DNA of 64,000 nucleotides from Octopus sinensis. Its lineage: Eukaryota. Under the pieces are notes generated by a model. The model saw only the letters and a list, made by a program, of their open reading frames with translations. It made no database searches and was not told the DNA's origin. Shown here in pieces: positions 1 through 11,400 of the stretch (position 1 is the stretch's first letter; each line of letters starts with the position of its first letter). The stretch is taken from NCBI RefSeq assembly GCF_006345805.1, contig NC_042998.1, forward strand, positions 152,644,001 to 152,708,000. Reading direction: 5' to 3'. The translations under genes were made by a program, and so were the position numbers.

Positions 1-1075
1 TAATGTCAGTGTTCATAGTCGACAGAGTGTAAGTACCTTGAGAGAAAAGTTGGACCTAAGAGGAATCAGATGTTGTGTGCAAGAGAGACGATTGCGCTGG
101 TATGGTCATGTGGTGAGAATGGATGAAGATAGGTGTGTGAAAAAGTGCCACACCCTGGCTGTTGAGGGGACCTGTGGAAGAGGTAGACCCAGGAAAACCT
201 GGGTCGAGGTGGTGTAGCACGACCTTCGAACTCTAGGTCTCACCAAGGAAATGACCAGAGACCGAGACCTATGGAAGTATGCTGTGCGTGAGAAGACCCG
301 GCAAGACCAGTGAGAACAATCAAAATCAAATCATATATCAGAAAGCAGGGGTTAAGTGACCCATCCGTTCGTGTCCGCTGTCAGCCTCGTCTGGCACCCG
401 TGCCGGTGATACGTAAAAGCACCATTCGCTCATGGCCGTTTGCCAGCTCTGCCTGGCCCTGTGTCGGTGGCACGTAAAAGCACCATCCGTTCGTGTTCGT
501 TGCCACCCTCGCCTGGCCCCGTGCCGGTGACACATAAAAGCACCATCCGTTCGTGGCCGTTTGCCAGCTCTGTCTGGCCCCATGTCGGTGGCACGTAAAA
601 GCACCATCCGTTCGTGGCCGTTTGCCAGCTGTCTGGCCCCGTGTCGGTGGCACAAAAGCACCATCCGTCCGTGTCCGTTGCCAGCCTCGGCTGGCCCCCG
701 TGCCGGTGACACGTAAAAGCACCGTCCGTTCGTGGCCGGTTGCCAGCTCTGTCTGGCCCCGTGTCGGTGGCACGTAAAAGCACCATCCGTTCGTGTCCGT
801 TGCCAGCATCGCCTGGCCCCGTGCCGGTGACACGTAAAAGCACCATCCGTTCGTGGCCGTTCGCCAGCTCTGTCTGGCACCTGTGCAGGTGGCACGTAAA
901 AAACACCCACTACACTCGCGGAGTGGTTGGCGTTAGGAAGGGCATCCAGCCGTAGAAACACTGCCAGATCTGACTGGGCCTGACGAAGCCTTCCAGCTTC
1001 ACAGACCCCAGTTGACCCGTCCAACCCATGCTAGCATGGAAAGCGGACGCTAAACGATGATGATGATGATGATGA
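1..1075 (+). mobile_element. RTE-clade LINE 3' end with minisatellite-containing 3' region and (GAT)n tail
   Basis: 1-300 translates REKLDLRGIRCCVQERRLRWYGHVVRMDEDRCVKK...GRGRPRKTW (RTE C-terminal motif); ends TAAAC(GAT)n at about 1051-1075. Confidence 0.9.
360..905. repeat. about 60-bp tandem minisatellite (about 9 units, alternating A/B variants)
   Basis: Repeated unit cacgtaaaagcaccatccgttcgtg(g/t)ccgtt(t)gccagc...ctggcccc(g)tg(c/t)cggtg. Confidence 0.95.
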
Positions 1076-1085
1076 TATATATATA

Positions 1086-1285
1086 TCATCATCATCATCA
1101 TCATCGTTTAACGTCCGCTTTCCGCGCTAGCACGGGTTGGACGGTTTGACCGGGTCTGGGAAGCCAGGGGCCGCACCAGGCTCCAGTCTGAATCTGGCAG
1201 AGTTTCTACGGCTGGATGCCCTTCCTAACGCCAACCACTCCGTGAGTGGATTGGGTGCTTTTTACGTGCCACCTGCACAGGGGCC
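1086..1285 (-). mobile_element. RTE-family 3' end or non-autonomous derivative, inverted
   Basis: (ATC)n-gtttaacgtccgctttcc...ctggatgcccttcctaacgccaaccactcc is the reverse complement of 880-1075. Confidence 0.9.
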
Positions 1286-1349
1286 GGAGGGTCCGGCATC
1301 GTCACGATCGGTTCGAGCATTTTAACGTGTCAGCGGCACGGGGGCAACG

Positions 1350-1410
1350 AGGTACTTTGGGGATTGGGGTACTTTGGGGATCCAGGGTACTTTGGGGATC
1401 CGGGGTACTT
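1350..1410. repeat. 18-bp tandem repeat
   Basis: ggtactttggga(t)... x3-4. Confidence 0.8.
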
Positions 1411-1806
1411 AGAATGGGTAGGGGGTATGTGGAATTGCTGCAGAAAGCAGCCCGGGTCTTTGTAGTCACAGCATTTATCGTCACTGAGTAACGTAATTAG
1501 GTAGAGGAAAGAAATACAGATATTCTAGAGTTGAGTTGGGGAGGGGGGGGGAAAGATGGGAAGAGATGGGATTACGGCTTGAGGTAGCCTAAGGTTAAAT
1601 TTTGTAGAGAGAGAGATAGGAAAGATAAATCAAGTTATGGCGAAGGCTTGAAAGTAGCCTAAAAGGTTAAATTTTCGTAACAATGTATGAATAAACGTAG
1701 TAACAACGAATAAAAATAGTAAGATAAATTTTTAAGAACTTGCTGCGGGCATCGATCGAGAGTTGAAATTGAAGAAGAAAGTAAGTTGAATTGGGAATTT
1801 AAATTG

Positions 1807-1853
<47 letters not shown>

Positions 1854-1859
1854 CATATG

Positions 1860-2175
1860 TATCTTACTCCTCTACTTCTGGTAATGCTTTTCTTTCGCTT
1901 TCTCATATTCCCTTATTTTTTAGTAATGTCCCTCTCTCTCTCTTACTCCTTTACTTCTTTTAGTAATGTTTCTCTCTCTCTCTACACATGTGTCTCTCTT
2001 AGTCTCTTACATTATTTAGTAAAGCTATTATCTTTCTCTCTCATACTCTCTCTCTCTTATTTCATTACTTCTAACAATGCTTCTCTTTGTCTTACTCCCT
2101 TACTTCATTTAGTAATGCTTCTCTTTCTTACTCTCTCTCTCTTTCCCCCTTCATCTAGTAATATTTCTCTCACTT
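1860..2175. repeat. CT-rich degenerate minisatellite after a (TA)n tract
   Basis: Recurrent tagtaatg...tctctctcttactc units of about 40 bp. Confidence 0.6.
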
Positions 2176-2389
2176 CATTATATTTTATTCACTTTAAAAG
2201 AATTAACATATTGCAAGTGCTATTCTCTTGTCCAAAGTAAATTGAAAATAGATTTAAAATTTTCAAATTCACACCTGTTTTAGTGAACGAAACACACTGG
2301 GACAGCTTTCTAATTGCCTAACACCCACAAATCTGCAAGACTAGGATCTCTTGGCTGAGAAAAGAATGTAGAGGACATATTTGTATACA

Positions 2390-3935
2390 TGGATAACCAT
2401 GATTCTACTTGGCTTGTCTTCTCAAGCACAGCAAACCACTAGAAGTCTCGGTCCCTTGTCATCTCTGTGAGGCCCAGGGTTGGAAGATCCTTTCTCACCA
2501 CTTCATCTCATGTCTTCCTAGGTCTAACCCTTTTACACATTCCCTCCACAATTAGAGACTGGTACTTCTTGATGTAGCTATCCTCATCCATATGTATCAT
2601 ATGACCATACCACCACAGTCTTTTCTTTGACACACTATATCTGATGCCTGATATACCCAATTCTTCTCTCAGATCATTTACACTTTATTGTACATGCATA
2701 CTGACATTACCCATACAGTAGAACATGCTGGCTTCCTTTCTTGCAAGCCTTTGCATGTCCTCACACATCACAGCCCATGTTTCATTGCATGTTACATAGC
2801 TGTTTGTACACAGGCATCATACAATCCACCTTTCACTCTGAGGGAGAGGCTCTTTGTTACCAACAAAGGTAGCATCTCTCTAAACTTTACTCAGCCCATT
2901 CCTATTCTAGCAGCACTGCTATCTTGTTCACCTAAGTAATAAAAACTGTCTACCACTTCTAAAGTTTGCCACTGGACATTTGTGTCTATAGCTTGCACTG
3001 GGTACACTACAGAGTTTCTACCAACACCCTTTCTTCATATAGTGTAGGACCATCTCCCTGAAGGGACTTGTGAGTTGTCTGTTTTCCTTACTTACTAGGA
3101 CTTTGGTCTTTGCTAAATTAACTCTAAGGGTTTTTGATTTCAGACTTTGTTTCCACACCTGAAATTTCTTCTCCAGTTTTGATAGTGATTCAACAATAAG
3201 AAGATCATCAGCGTAGAGGAGCTTCTAGGGGAAGCCTATCTTAAATGTTTCTGTTATGGCCTGGAATAATATGGTAAGCAAGAGGGGGTTGAGAACTGAT
3301 CCCTGGGAAGGTTTTTTTCATTTATGAGCAACCATGTATCTTGCTTTCTGGTGAGAATGTAGCAAATCTGGCTCGTGTAGTGACCAGATTTATAGGTTAT
3401 CAGGTGACTGGCTGGTTTTCTGAAATCGGTGTTGCATATCTTCAAGTTATTCACATCACAGAACTCCAGTAACCTTGTTTCCTCTTAATTTCGGTAACCA
3501 ATTCCATGACCTGACACACCATGGAAGATACCTGGGTGCTGCCTTACATGTCCATTGAAATCACCAGCCATGAAGATAAGGTCATTTGTCTTTGAGGTAG
3601 CCTGCAAAAGAATATCATAAAAATGATCCTTTTATTCATTTGACAGAACTGGTTGGGGGACATAGGCAGAGATGATTGTTGCTGTGCCACTCTGTAAAAC
3701 TAGTCTAAACTTAAGTACCCTATTGCACATTCTGACTACCTCAATTTTTCTGCTAGAAGTATGTCTGCACCACCTACGTTATTACTGTCGCCTTCCCAGA
3801 TTTCATACCTATGTTTTTGCCTGTTGAAGCTCCCCTCCACCTTACTTCTTGAATGCAACACACATTGACACACCTTCATTCAAGCATCTCAACAATATCA
3901 ACATACCTACACTGACAATGCCAACTCTGGGGAAG
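2390..3935 (-). mobile_element. decayed RTE LINE (APE and RT C-terminal remnants, internally deleted)
   Basis: Reverse-complement similarity to the RTE copies at 1-310 and 22400-23350 (LYADDL, SLRVKGGLYDACVQTAM); endonuclease remnants (DLIFMAGDFNGHVG) near 3540-3590. Confidence 0.85.
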
Positions 3936-5053
3936 TGAAAGGGATGGGGATGGCAGCATCTAGCAGCTGAAAACAAGGTTCTAATGAGAATTTGCCAACA
4001 GATGTCATATCAATTGTCCTCATATTTAATCTACCATCATTCATTTGTGTTATACTTGCTGCCTCCACGGGAAGTGGGTGCTATACAAGCATTAATACAA
4101 GCATTGTTAATACAGATACAAATAAATAGATAAATAAGCAAAAATAGTTAATGTGACACCAGTCACTTTACAGAGTGTACTGTGTGCAATTTTTCATGTC
4201 ACAAGTATTATAGACTCAAATAGAGTGACAGAGGGTTGCAAATGTGCAGTCCCTCTCCCATCCAGAATTTTCCATGTATCTCACATATAAACTGGCACTA
4301 GTTCTTCACAGATCAACATTTGTAAATGAAGGGAATATTAGATAATATAGTTAATCAGTTAATTAATTAACTAAATAATATTTTGGTGCAAAGTAACAAG
4401 CTATGGTTTTTGTATTGCAGTAATGTGAATGAGACTACTGAGGTGTGTGGTGGGTGGAGGACAGAAGGCCGGTTGCCAAGAAAGGTTCCAGTGCAGAAGA
4501 ACGGTTTTTGGTATAGGTGGTGGGGGTGGGAAAAGGTGGGTGCATTCTGGATGAGGAAAAGATAGAGCAACTGAGTCTTTTAGAGCCAAAGTAGTAACTC
4601 TGAAGTTATTTCTGTTGGAGAGTGGCAATGAGATAAAATTTTACACAGTGACAGTAAGGAGGAAAGAAGGTAATTAGAGGTAAAGGTATGATTAAATTTA
4701 GATGAGTTAGTATTAATGGGATAGAATGAGGCAAAGATTAAAACAAACAAAACAAGAAAACAAACAAAACAACTCATCTGCTCATTTCTTTTTCAATGTG
4801 CATGGAAATGAATGACAGCCAGGGTAAATTATTAGAGAAGCAACACAATAGTCAGGGAGCTGATTAATATATAGGAGCAGCAGGAAGGAGACATGATGGT
4901 TGCTAGAAGTGACTGTTATACTGGTGGGGGTCCTAGAACAACATAGAAGAATACTCAAAAGCTTGGCAAGGACTACAAAGTAAAATAAGTAGGAAGTATT
5001 TTTAATGATTTTTTTACAGTTTTAAATTTTAGCTTTGGTTTATATCTTTGGGT

Positions 5054-5109
5054 TTTATTTTGTCATAAACTTCCATCATCTTTTTTGAAACAAAAGAAGT
5101 CAATTTATT
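5054..5109 (-). promoter_or_regulatory. candidate polyadenylation signals of RAB3IP-like gene
   Basis: Two minus-strand AATAAA hexamers (5104-5109, 5054-5059) about 290-340 nt after the stop; the AT-rich background makes this weak. Confidence 0.35.
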
Positions 5110-5397
5110 ACAGTCAACACAAAATAGTTACAATAACCACAATAATGTTAAAGTAACATAACACTTAAATTACAGTTTAGAAACTTTATCAGAAAAATAA
5201 TCACTAAATTAAAATGTACTGATTTTACAAGAGAAACCAGTAAAGATATCTCTTTTCAAAAAGTCAAATTGAATAAGCTGAAAAGTATGGTTTCAACATA
5301 GTGAACACTGAAGTTATTTCTGTTGGTTGAATTTCCAAGCTTTTCTTTCCAGGTTAGCAGTATATAAGTGAGGGCAGCTGAACATGTGAGAGTCGTT

Positions 5398-5468
5398 TCA
5401 AGAGTAACCAAGGCGTGCCAATGCCATCTTCTTTCTTAAATTCAACACTTCAAGAAATACAGATTTGT
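5398..5468 (-). CDS. RAB3IP: RAB3IP-like terminal coding exon
   Basis: Acceptor ttactttcag; (D)[25 protein letters not shown]. Confidence 0.93.
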
Positions 5469-8400
5469 CTGAAAGTAAAATATTAATTTTCTAATTGTTT
5501 ATAAAATAATTATTTTTGAAATTGCAAATTTATTTCAATATTAATCAAAGCCAGTTATTGAATATAATTTTTACAGCTGAATTATGCAGTGAACATCAGA
5601 TGTTTATAGTGGAGATCAGTTAAGCAGCATAATAAATTTGTCATGATTAAGACACCAATAACATGAAATAGATAAACACTGAATGATGTATGACACTTCT
5701 CTTATTTCTTTTATTAATATTTTTGTCATTTTTACATAATTAGCATATGATCATTCAAAAATTTCTTAATCTACTAAGAGAAAAATGTTTTTCTTTGTTC
5801 AAACTCATGATATTTTAAATTAATTTTTATTTTAAATCTCTAAAAGAAACCAAAGAGTATTGCCACACAGAAGAAAGATTAAAAAGAGGTAAATAGTATA
5901 CGAACTCACCTTCACCTTTAACCAAACCTTGTTGAATGTAACGAATGTATGTGTAAAAGTTGCATACAGATGTAATCTGAAATAAAATGACAAAATGAAG
6001 TTGAAAAGATTGAGCAAGATAAATAAATTGCAATTATTTATTATATTACTAATAATGATGATTTTACAAGTAATAATAATAGTGTAAAAGTTCAATTTTT
6101 TAGGCCATTTTAAAAATATTAAGCATATGGGATGAATATTACATGAATGCTACTTTTGAGGAGCTGAAATTTACATTAGAATCCAAAATACCTTATCAGT
6201 AGCAGAAGTGCTCTAAATAAATTTGAAGGGAAAAAAGTGAATTAGTAAACTTTTAGTTATGCATTCACAAAGTGAAGTAGAAATGAATACACTTTAAATT
6301 ATAATTTCAGGCTACATCTTAACAGTTCAAACACAAAAGTTCAGTAAAATCCTGCAAAATTACACTTTTCATTATCTTCAGTGCAGAATAATGCTTCATA
6401 ATTACCAAGATGGATATCATCATAAGGATTATCAGCCATGCTCCTCATAGTTAGAGGTAGCACACTATCCACTTCTTCTTCCATTCATCCCATAGGTAAT
6501 AATCTGAAAATTTCAATGCATTCACAGTTCCACATGTCTTGAATAGTCTGACAAGAGTACCAACTTTTATTTCTTTGAATCAATGATCACAGATAATGGG
6601 TACTGATAGAGCCTGCATGTTGCCTCCTTTCATTTATGTTATTCTTTCATCAAGCATTATATGGTTGCAAATCATTTGTCAGTCCACCAGGAATTAAACC
6701 TGAGTGTTTTGTGATTGGAGGTCCTTAAATGTTTTTCATTAAATGTACCTTAAACTGGTTCCAAACAAGATTTATCCAGTGATGAGAACCATGAGAAAAG
6801 TAGGATTGCTTGAGTTTTTTTATTTTGTATATCCGATAGTAAGTACTATTTCTTTTGCCTTTTTGATTGACAGCTTGATTCCCTTGTATGTCAAAAGTAA
6901 TAGGCAATTTGTTCATGTTCCAAATATATCATGACTTCTAGCTAGCTTTTAGCTAATTTCTAATTACAAACTAGTAAAACTGTATTATCTTATCATCTAG
7001 ATCAGCAGGCAACTTTGATGCCATTTTGGTACTCTGCTAAAGTACTAAGTTACATGAACTAAATCTCATGAACTTAATGCACCATCCAGCATTTGTTTTA
7101 AAATTCAAAATTTCATCCTTCTTTGATTCCATTTGTGCATGGATTTGGAGAAGTGCATGAGCAACACAATCTCAATTTTCATGATTTTCTAGTAGCCATT
7201 CTGTAACATTTTTTCTCTTGTTGAGAACACTTATTTGGTTTATTTCTGTTAGCATATATTTTGGCATTATTTGAAATTTGTTCAATATCTTTCTCCAGGT
7301 TGTTTCTTTGAAACAAAATTCTTTTGCTGTAACACTTGTCTTCTTAGCAACTAATAACTATTAGATTTAAAGCTGCTGTATAATATAATCTTCATGAAAG
7401 ACATTTTTACACAAAATTATGGCTTATTTTAAAACCTCGACTATACAACTGCATTCTACAAGTGTATATGAAAAATGATGTTGACCAAGTTGCCAAAAAG
7501 ATGTTGATATAGCTTTTTTTATAATGGATGTTAAGAAATGTGAACTTTAATGATGTGAATTATACATCAAAACATACTGATAATAGGCCAACAAAAAAAA
7601 AAACTAATTTCAACATCATGACATTTATATATGGAATATTCCCTTCATTTACAAATGTTGATCTGTGAAGAACTAGTGCCAGTTTATATGTGAGATACAT
7701 GGAAAATTCTGGATTTTTGGCTCAAAATATGGGGTCAAATTTTACATGTGATGCATTTCACTACATGCTTCAAGCAGGTGGTGAAATGAATCTTCTCTGA
7801 TCTGTCTTTCATTATGTTTTTACTATACACCATCAACCATTCAGTCACAATATAACCTTAAACTATGGAGCATTTACCTACAATATAATGTGTTACATAA
7901 TAGCTGTAACTTGCCATTCTTACTTCTATAGCTTTAAGTACTCGAGCATTCATACATGTGTGTGTGTGTGTATAAAGTTGTGGAAGAGGGAGACCCAAGA
8001 AGACATGGATGAAGTATTGAAAGCTGATCTCAAAACACTGAGCCTTATGAAGGAGATGACAAAGGACTGAAATATGTGGCACATTGCTGTATTCAAGAAG
8101 ACCCGCCCATCATGTAAAAACCATCGATGCCAGGATCTCTTAAGAGCTTCTCCCTCAAAGTCAAGGGTAGACTGTATGATGTCTGTATGCAAAATATGCT
8201 ATTTATCATGTGAGACTTGGGCAATGAATGCAAAAGTTATATGGAGACTATAAAGAAACGAGGGAAGCATACTTTACTGGAAAGGTATAATCTGAAAGGT
8301 AAAGTGCATAAAAGAGGAATCAGATGTAGTAATCAAAAGAAGAGATGGTGCTGGTGTGGGCATGTGGTGTGAGTGGAAGATGAGAGCTATAAGCTATTGC

Positions 8401-11400
8401 AGAGTGTTAAAAGTGAATGTTACCTATGTAAGGGAATGACTAAAGAAGTTTTGGAACAAAGTGGTGAAAAATGATCTTATAGTCCTCTGTCTGTCATCTC
8501 CTTCATTAATGAAGATGATAGAGGACCATGTTGATAAGCCATGTTGCAGAAGATCTAACCTCTCACACTTGTCTGTCAAAATTCCCATTAAAATAGAAGT
8601 AACATACACATTTCTACACTACCTACACCACCCCATCATCTCTCCTTTCCACTGTGCCTATTCTGTACAACCTCATCTCTTTTACTGACCATTCCAAGTC
8701 ATTCATAGTGATGCATACCAAATTCCTTCACTCCCTCTACACCTATCTGATAACCTATGCATTCTAGATCTTTCTACCACCAACCATATTCTGCTTCTTC
8801 TCTTTCTTTTATTCATCATGATACTTGGATGGGAGAGGGACTGCACATTTGCAACCCTCTGTCACTCTATTTGAGTCTATAATACTTGTGACATGAAAAA
8901 TTGCACACAGTACACTCTGTAAAGTGACTGGTGTCACATAGTGCATCTATCTATTAGGAAACATGCTAAAACTGAGACACTGGAGCAAGATGTAGGCCTC
9001 TGACCCATTGAGTCCTATGAAACCATTTAACCCATGCCAGTATGGAAAGCAAACATAAATTAGCTCTTAGTGGAGTACACTCTGTTGTAAGTACTGGGAC
9101 AGGTCAGAAAGTAATTCAATTTCTTGATACACTGTTTTCTGCTGTAGCTACTTCTGAGTCATGGGTTTTCTTTCCCTCCACCAGTTTTGCACACCTTAGA
9201 GAGGTATTCTTCCTCCAGCTACTCTTTCTATACAAGTCTTAATGACAAGATGATTTAATTTTTAAACTGCTGATTTCTTTCTGAAAATAAGTATGAAGAA
9301 AATTCAAGAAAAATATGTCATTGTTTTAGTATTATATAAATAAAACTGAAACAGATCATACTTACTCGGTTTCGACAAAATTCTGAGATTGAGTACCAAG
9401 AATGATCTTCTCCTAAATGTATCTTGTAGTTACATAATTTGTTAGACTGAGACAATGTACACCACCTGTTAAGAGAACCATCAATAAGTATTTTATTGAT
9501 ATATTAATGTTTTCTCATTGCCATCAAAACTCCTTTCATTCTCTGGCCACCTCAGACAATGCCCATGCACTACTTGTAAATCAGTCAACACATATCAAAT
9601 GTTGGAAATTTCTATGGTTTTGCTGGTAGAGCTGAAACACTGTGATCTTTCTGGCATTGATGATAGATCTGGATATTGATTGTGCCTAATTTCACAATGA
9701 CTTTTCACAACAGTTTCTTGTTTTATGAAGCACCCTGAACAAGTAAACAAAGTGTGCTGGAGTTTATTACAGCATTCAAGACGTTATATAGTTAAAAAGA
9801 CTTCCCTATCTCAGGATAGGAGCAGGAGTCTAGAGTTTAAATCCTATCAACTGAAAAAAACAAACAAACAAAATACTGGCCAGTGACATAGGAGAACTGT
9901 GCTTCCTTGGGATATCTTTTTGTTTCTTCACAATATGTACTTGTAGCTAGGTGGTTTAGCCTATTGAAATATAAACGTTTTTCAGGGGATATCTAGTAGA
10001 GATAGTAGAGATTGTCTTTAACTATGTGATTTAAATTTATAAAACTCAAGAGAAAAACAAACATATCAAGAAAACACTATTGCCCAACACTATCCTTAAT
10101 ACTAATCTAGAACCCAAATACTAGGCTTGACTATTACTAGGTATCTTTCCTGGCAGAACCACATTCTTAACATAGCTAAGACTACTTAACAAAGACTGGT
10201 ACTTCCCTTCAGAACCAGAAAATATTTATATGCAAAAAATTGATGACATTCTACAAACTGAAGTATGACCCACAATGGAAAATTGCTCCTGTATCTAGGA
10301 TACTGCTGCTGCACAGAGACATACTAGACTATATCCAGAGAAAGGTTAGTTAACTGACTAGCAATAAATCACTCTGGCCTACAGGTGTACTGTCTCAACT
10401 TTCTGCTTTTACTACCACTACTACAATGACATCAGTTCTTCAGCACTCGCTGGTTTCTTACAATCTCCACTCAGACACTCCAAATCCACTCATTTCTTCT
10501 CCTCTCTTCATCCATGTAGTGTTGAATCCCATCTCATCTCCCAGGTTCTACAATTATCAACACATCCAATCTTTCCTCCCCAGAACACTGTGGAATATCC
10601 TCCCTACTCATCTCTTTCTTGCTGGTGTCATTTTGCAATAGTTTAAGTGGAACATTAATAACATCAATCAGTCTTGGAGGGCTTACAAAGGCCACGATCA
10701 CAGCCCTTTCTCAAAACCCAGTAAGTATTTGTAGTAAAGTGGGTTCCTCGCACTGGTGTGACTTGTGACTGCCATTGTACTGTAGTTGCTGTTTTACGCT
10801 AGTATCCACAATAGTTATTAGTCATTGGATACCGTTATATCTCTTCATACCAGAATAGTAATACACTAACCTCTGTCTTTTTATCATTGATAGCTTCACA
10901 AAACACTGACTACAACTCCCAGTGAGAAGTGGTAGGATCAGCTATTATAAATAGACCAGTAGACAGTTATCAAGAGAGGATCGAGTCAAAGAGTTAAGAG
11001 CCAACAGTTCTAGTCAGTGTCTTGTGGAGCTATCAGTGATAGTTAAAGAGAAGTTAGTGTATTACTATTCCAGTACAAGGAGATACAATGGTATCCAATG
11101 ACCAGTAACTTTTGTGACTACAAGCATAAAACAGCAACTACAATACAATGACAGTGACACATCACACCAGTGGGAAGAATCCACTTTACAATAGTAGTGA
11201 CAAGGAAAAACAAATTTACGCAGATTGAAGAAAAAATATTCACACAGAGAGTTTAAACTAATTAACATGAAAAATTAAATAACTCAACAAAAAAAGAAAC
11301 AAAAATCTTGTGAAAACTTATGAAAATCGTAAAATATGTTGTATTATGCTGGTTACATCTTTCTTTTGTGATAGAGTAAATTTCAAGAGAGTATCAAAGA

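Noticed and set aside
338-1024. CRISPR-like array or repetitive 228-aa ORF
   Set aside because: Units are whole tandem repeats with no unique spacers and no cas genes; the ORFs are by-products of a stop-poor minisatellite in an RTE 3' end
4597-5326. Short direct repeat ctgaagttatttctgttgg at about 4600 and 5308
   Set aside because: Only 19 bp with no element structure in between; not interpretable
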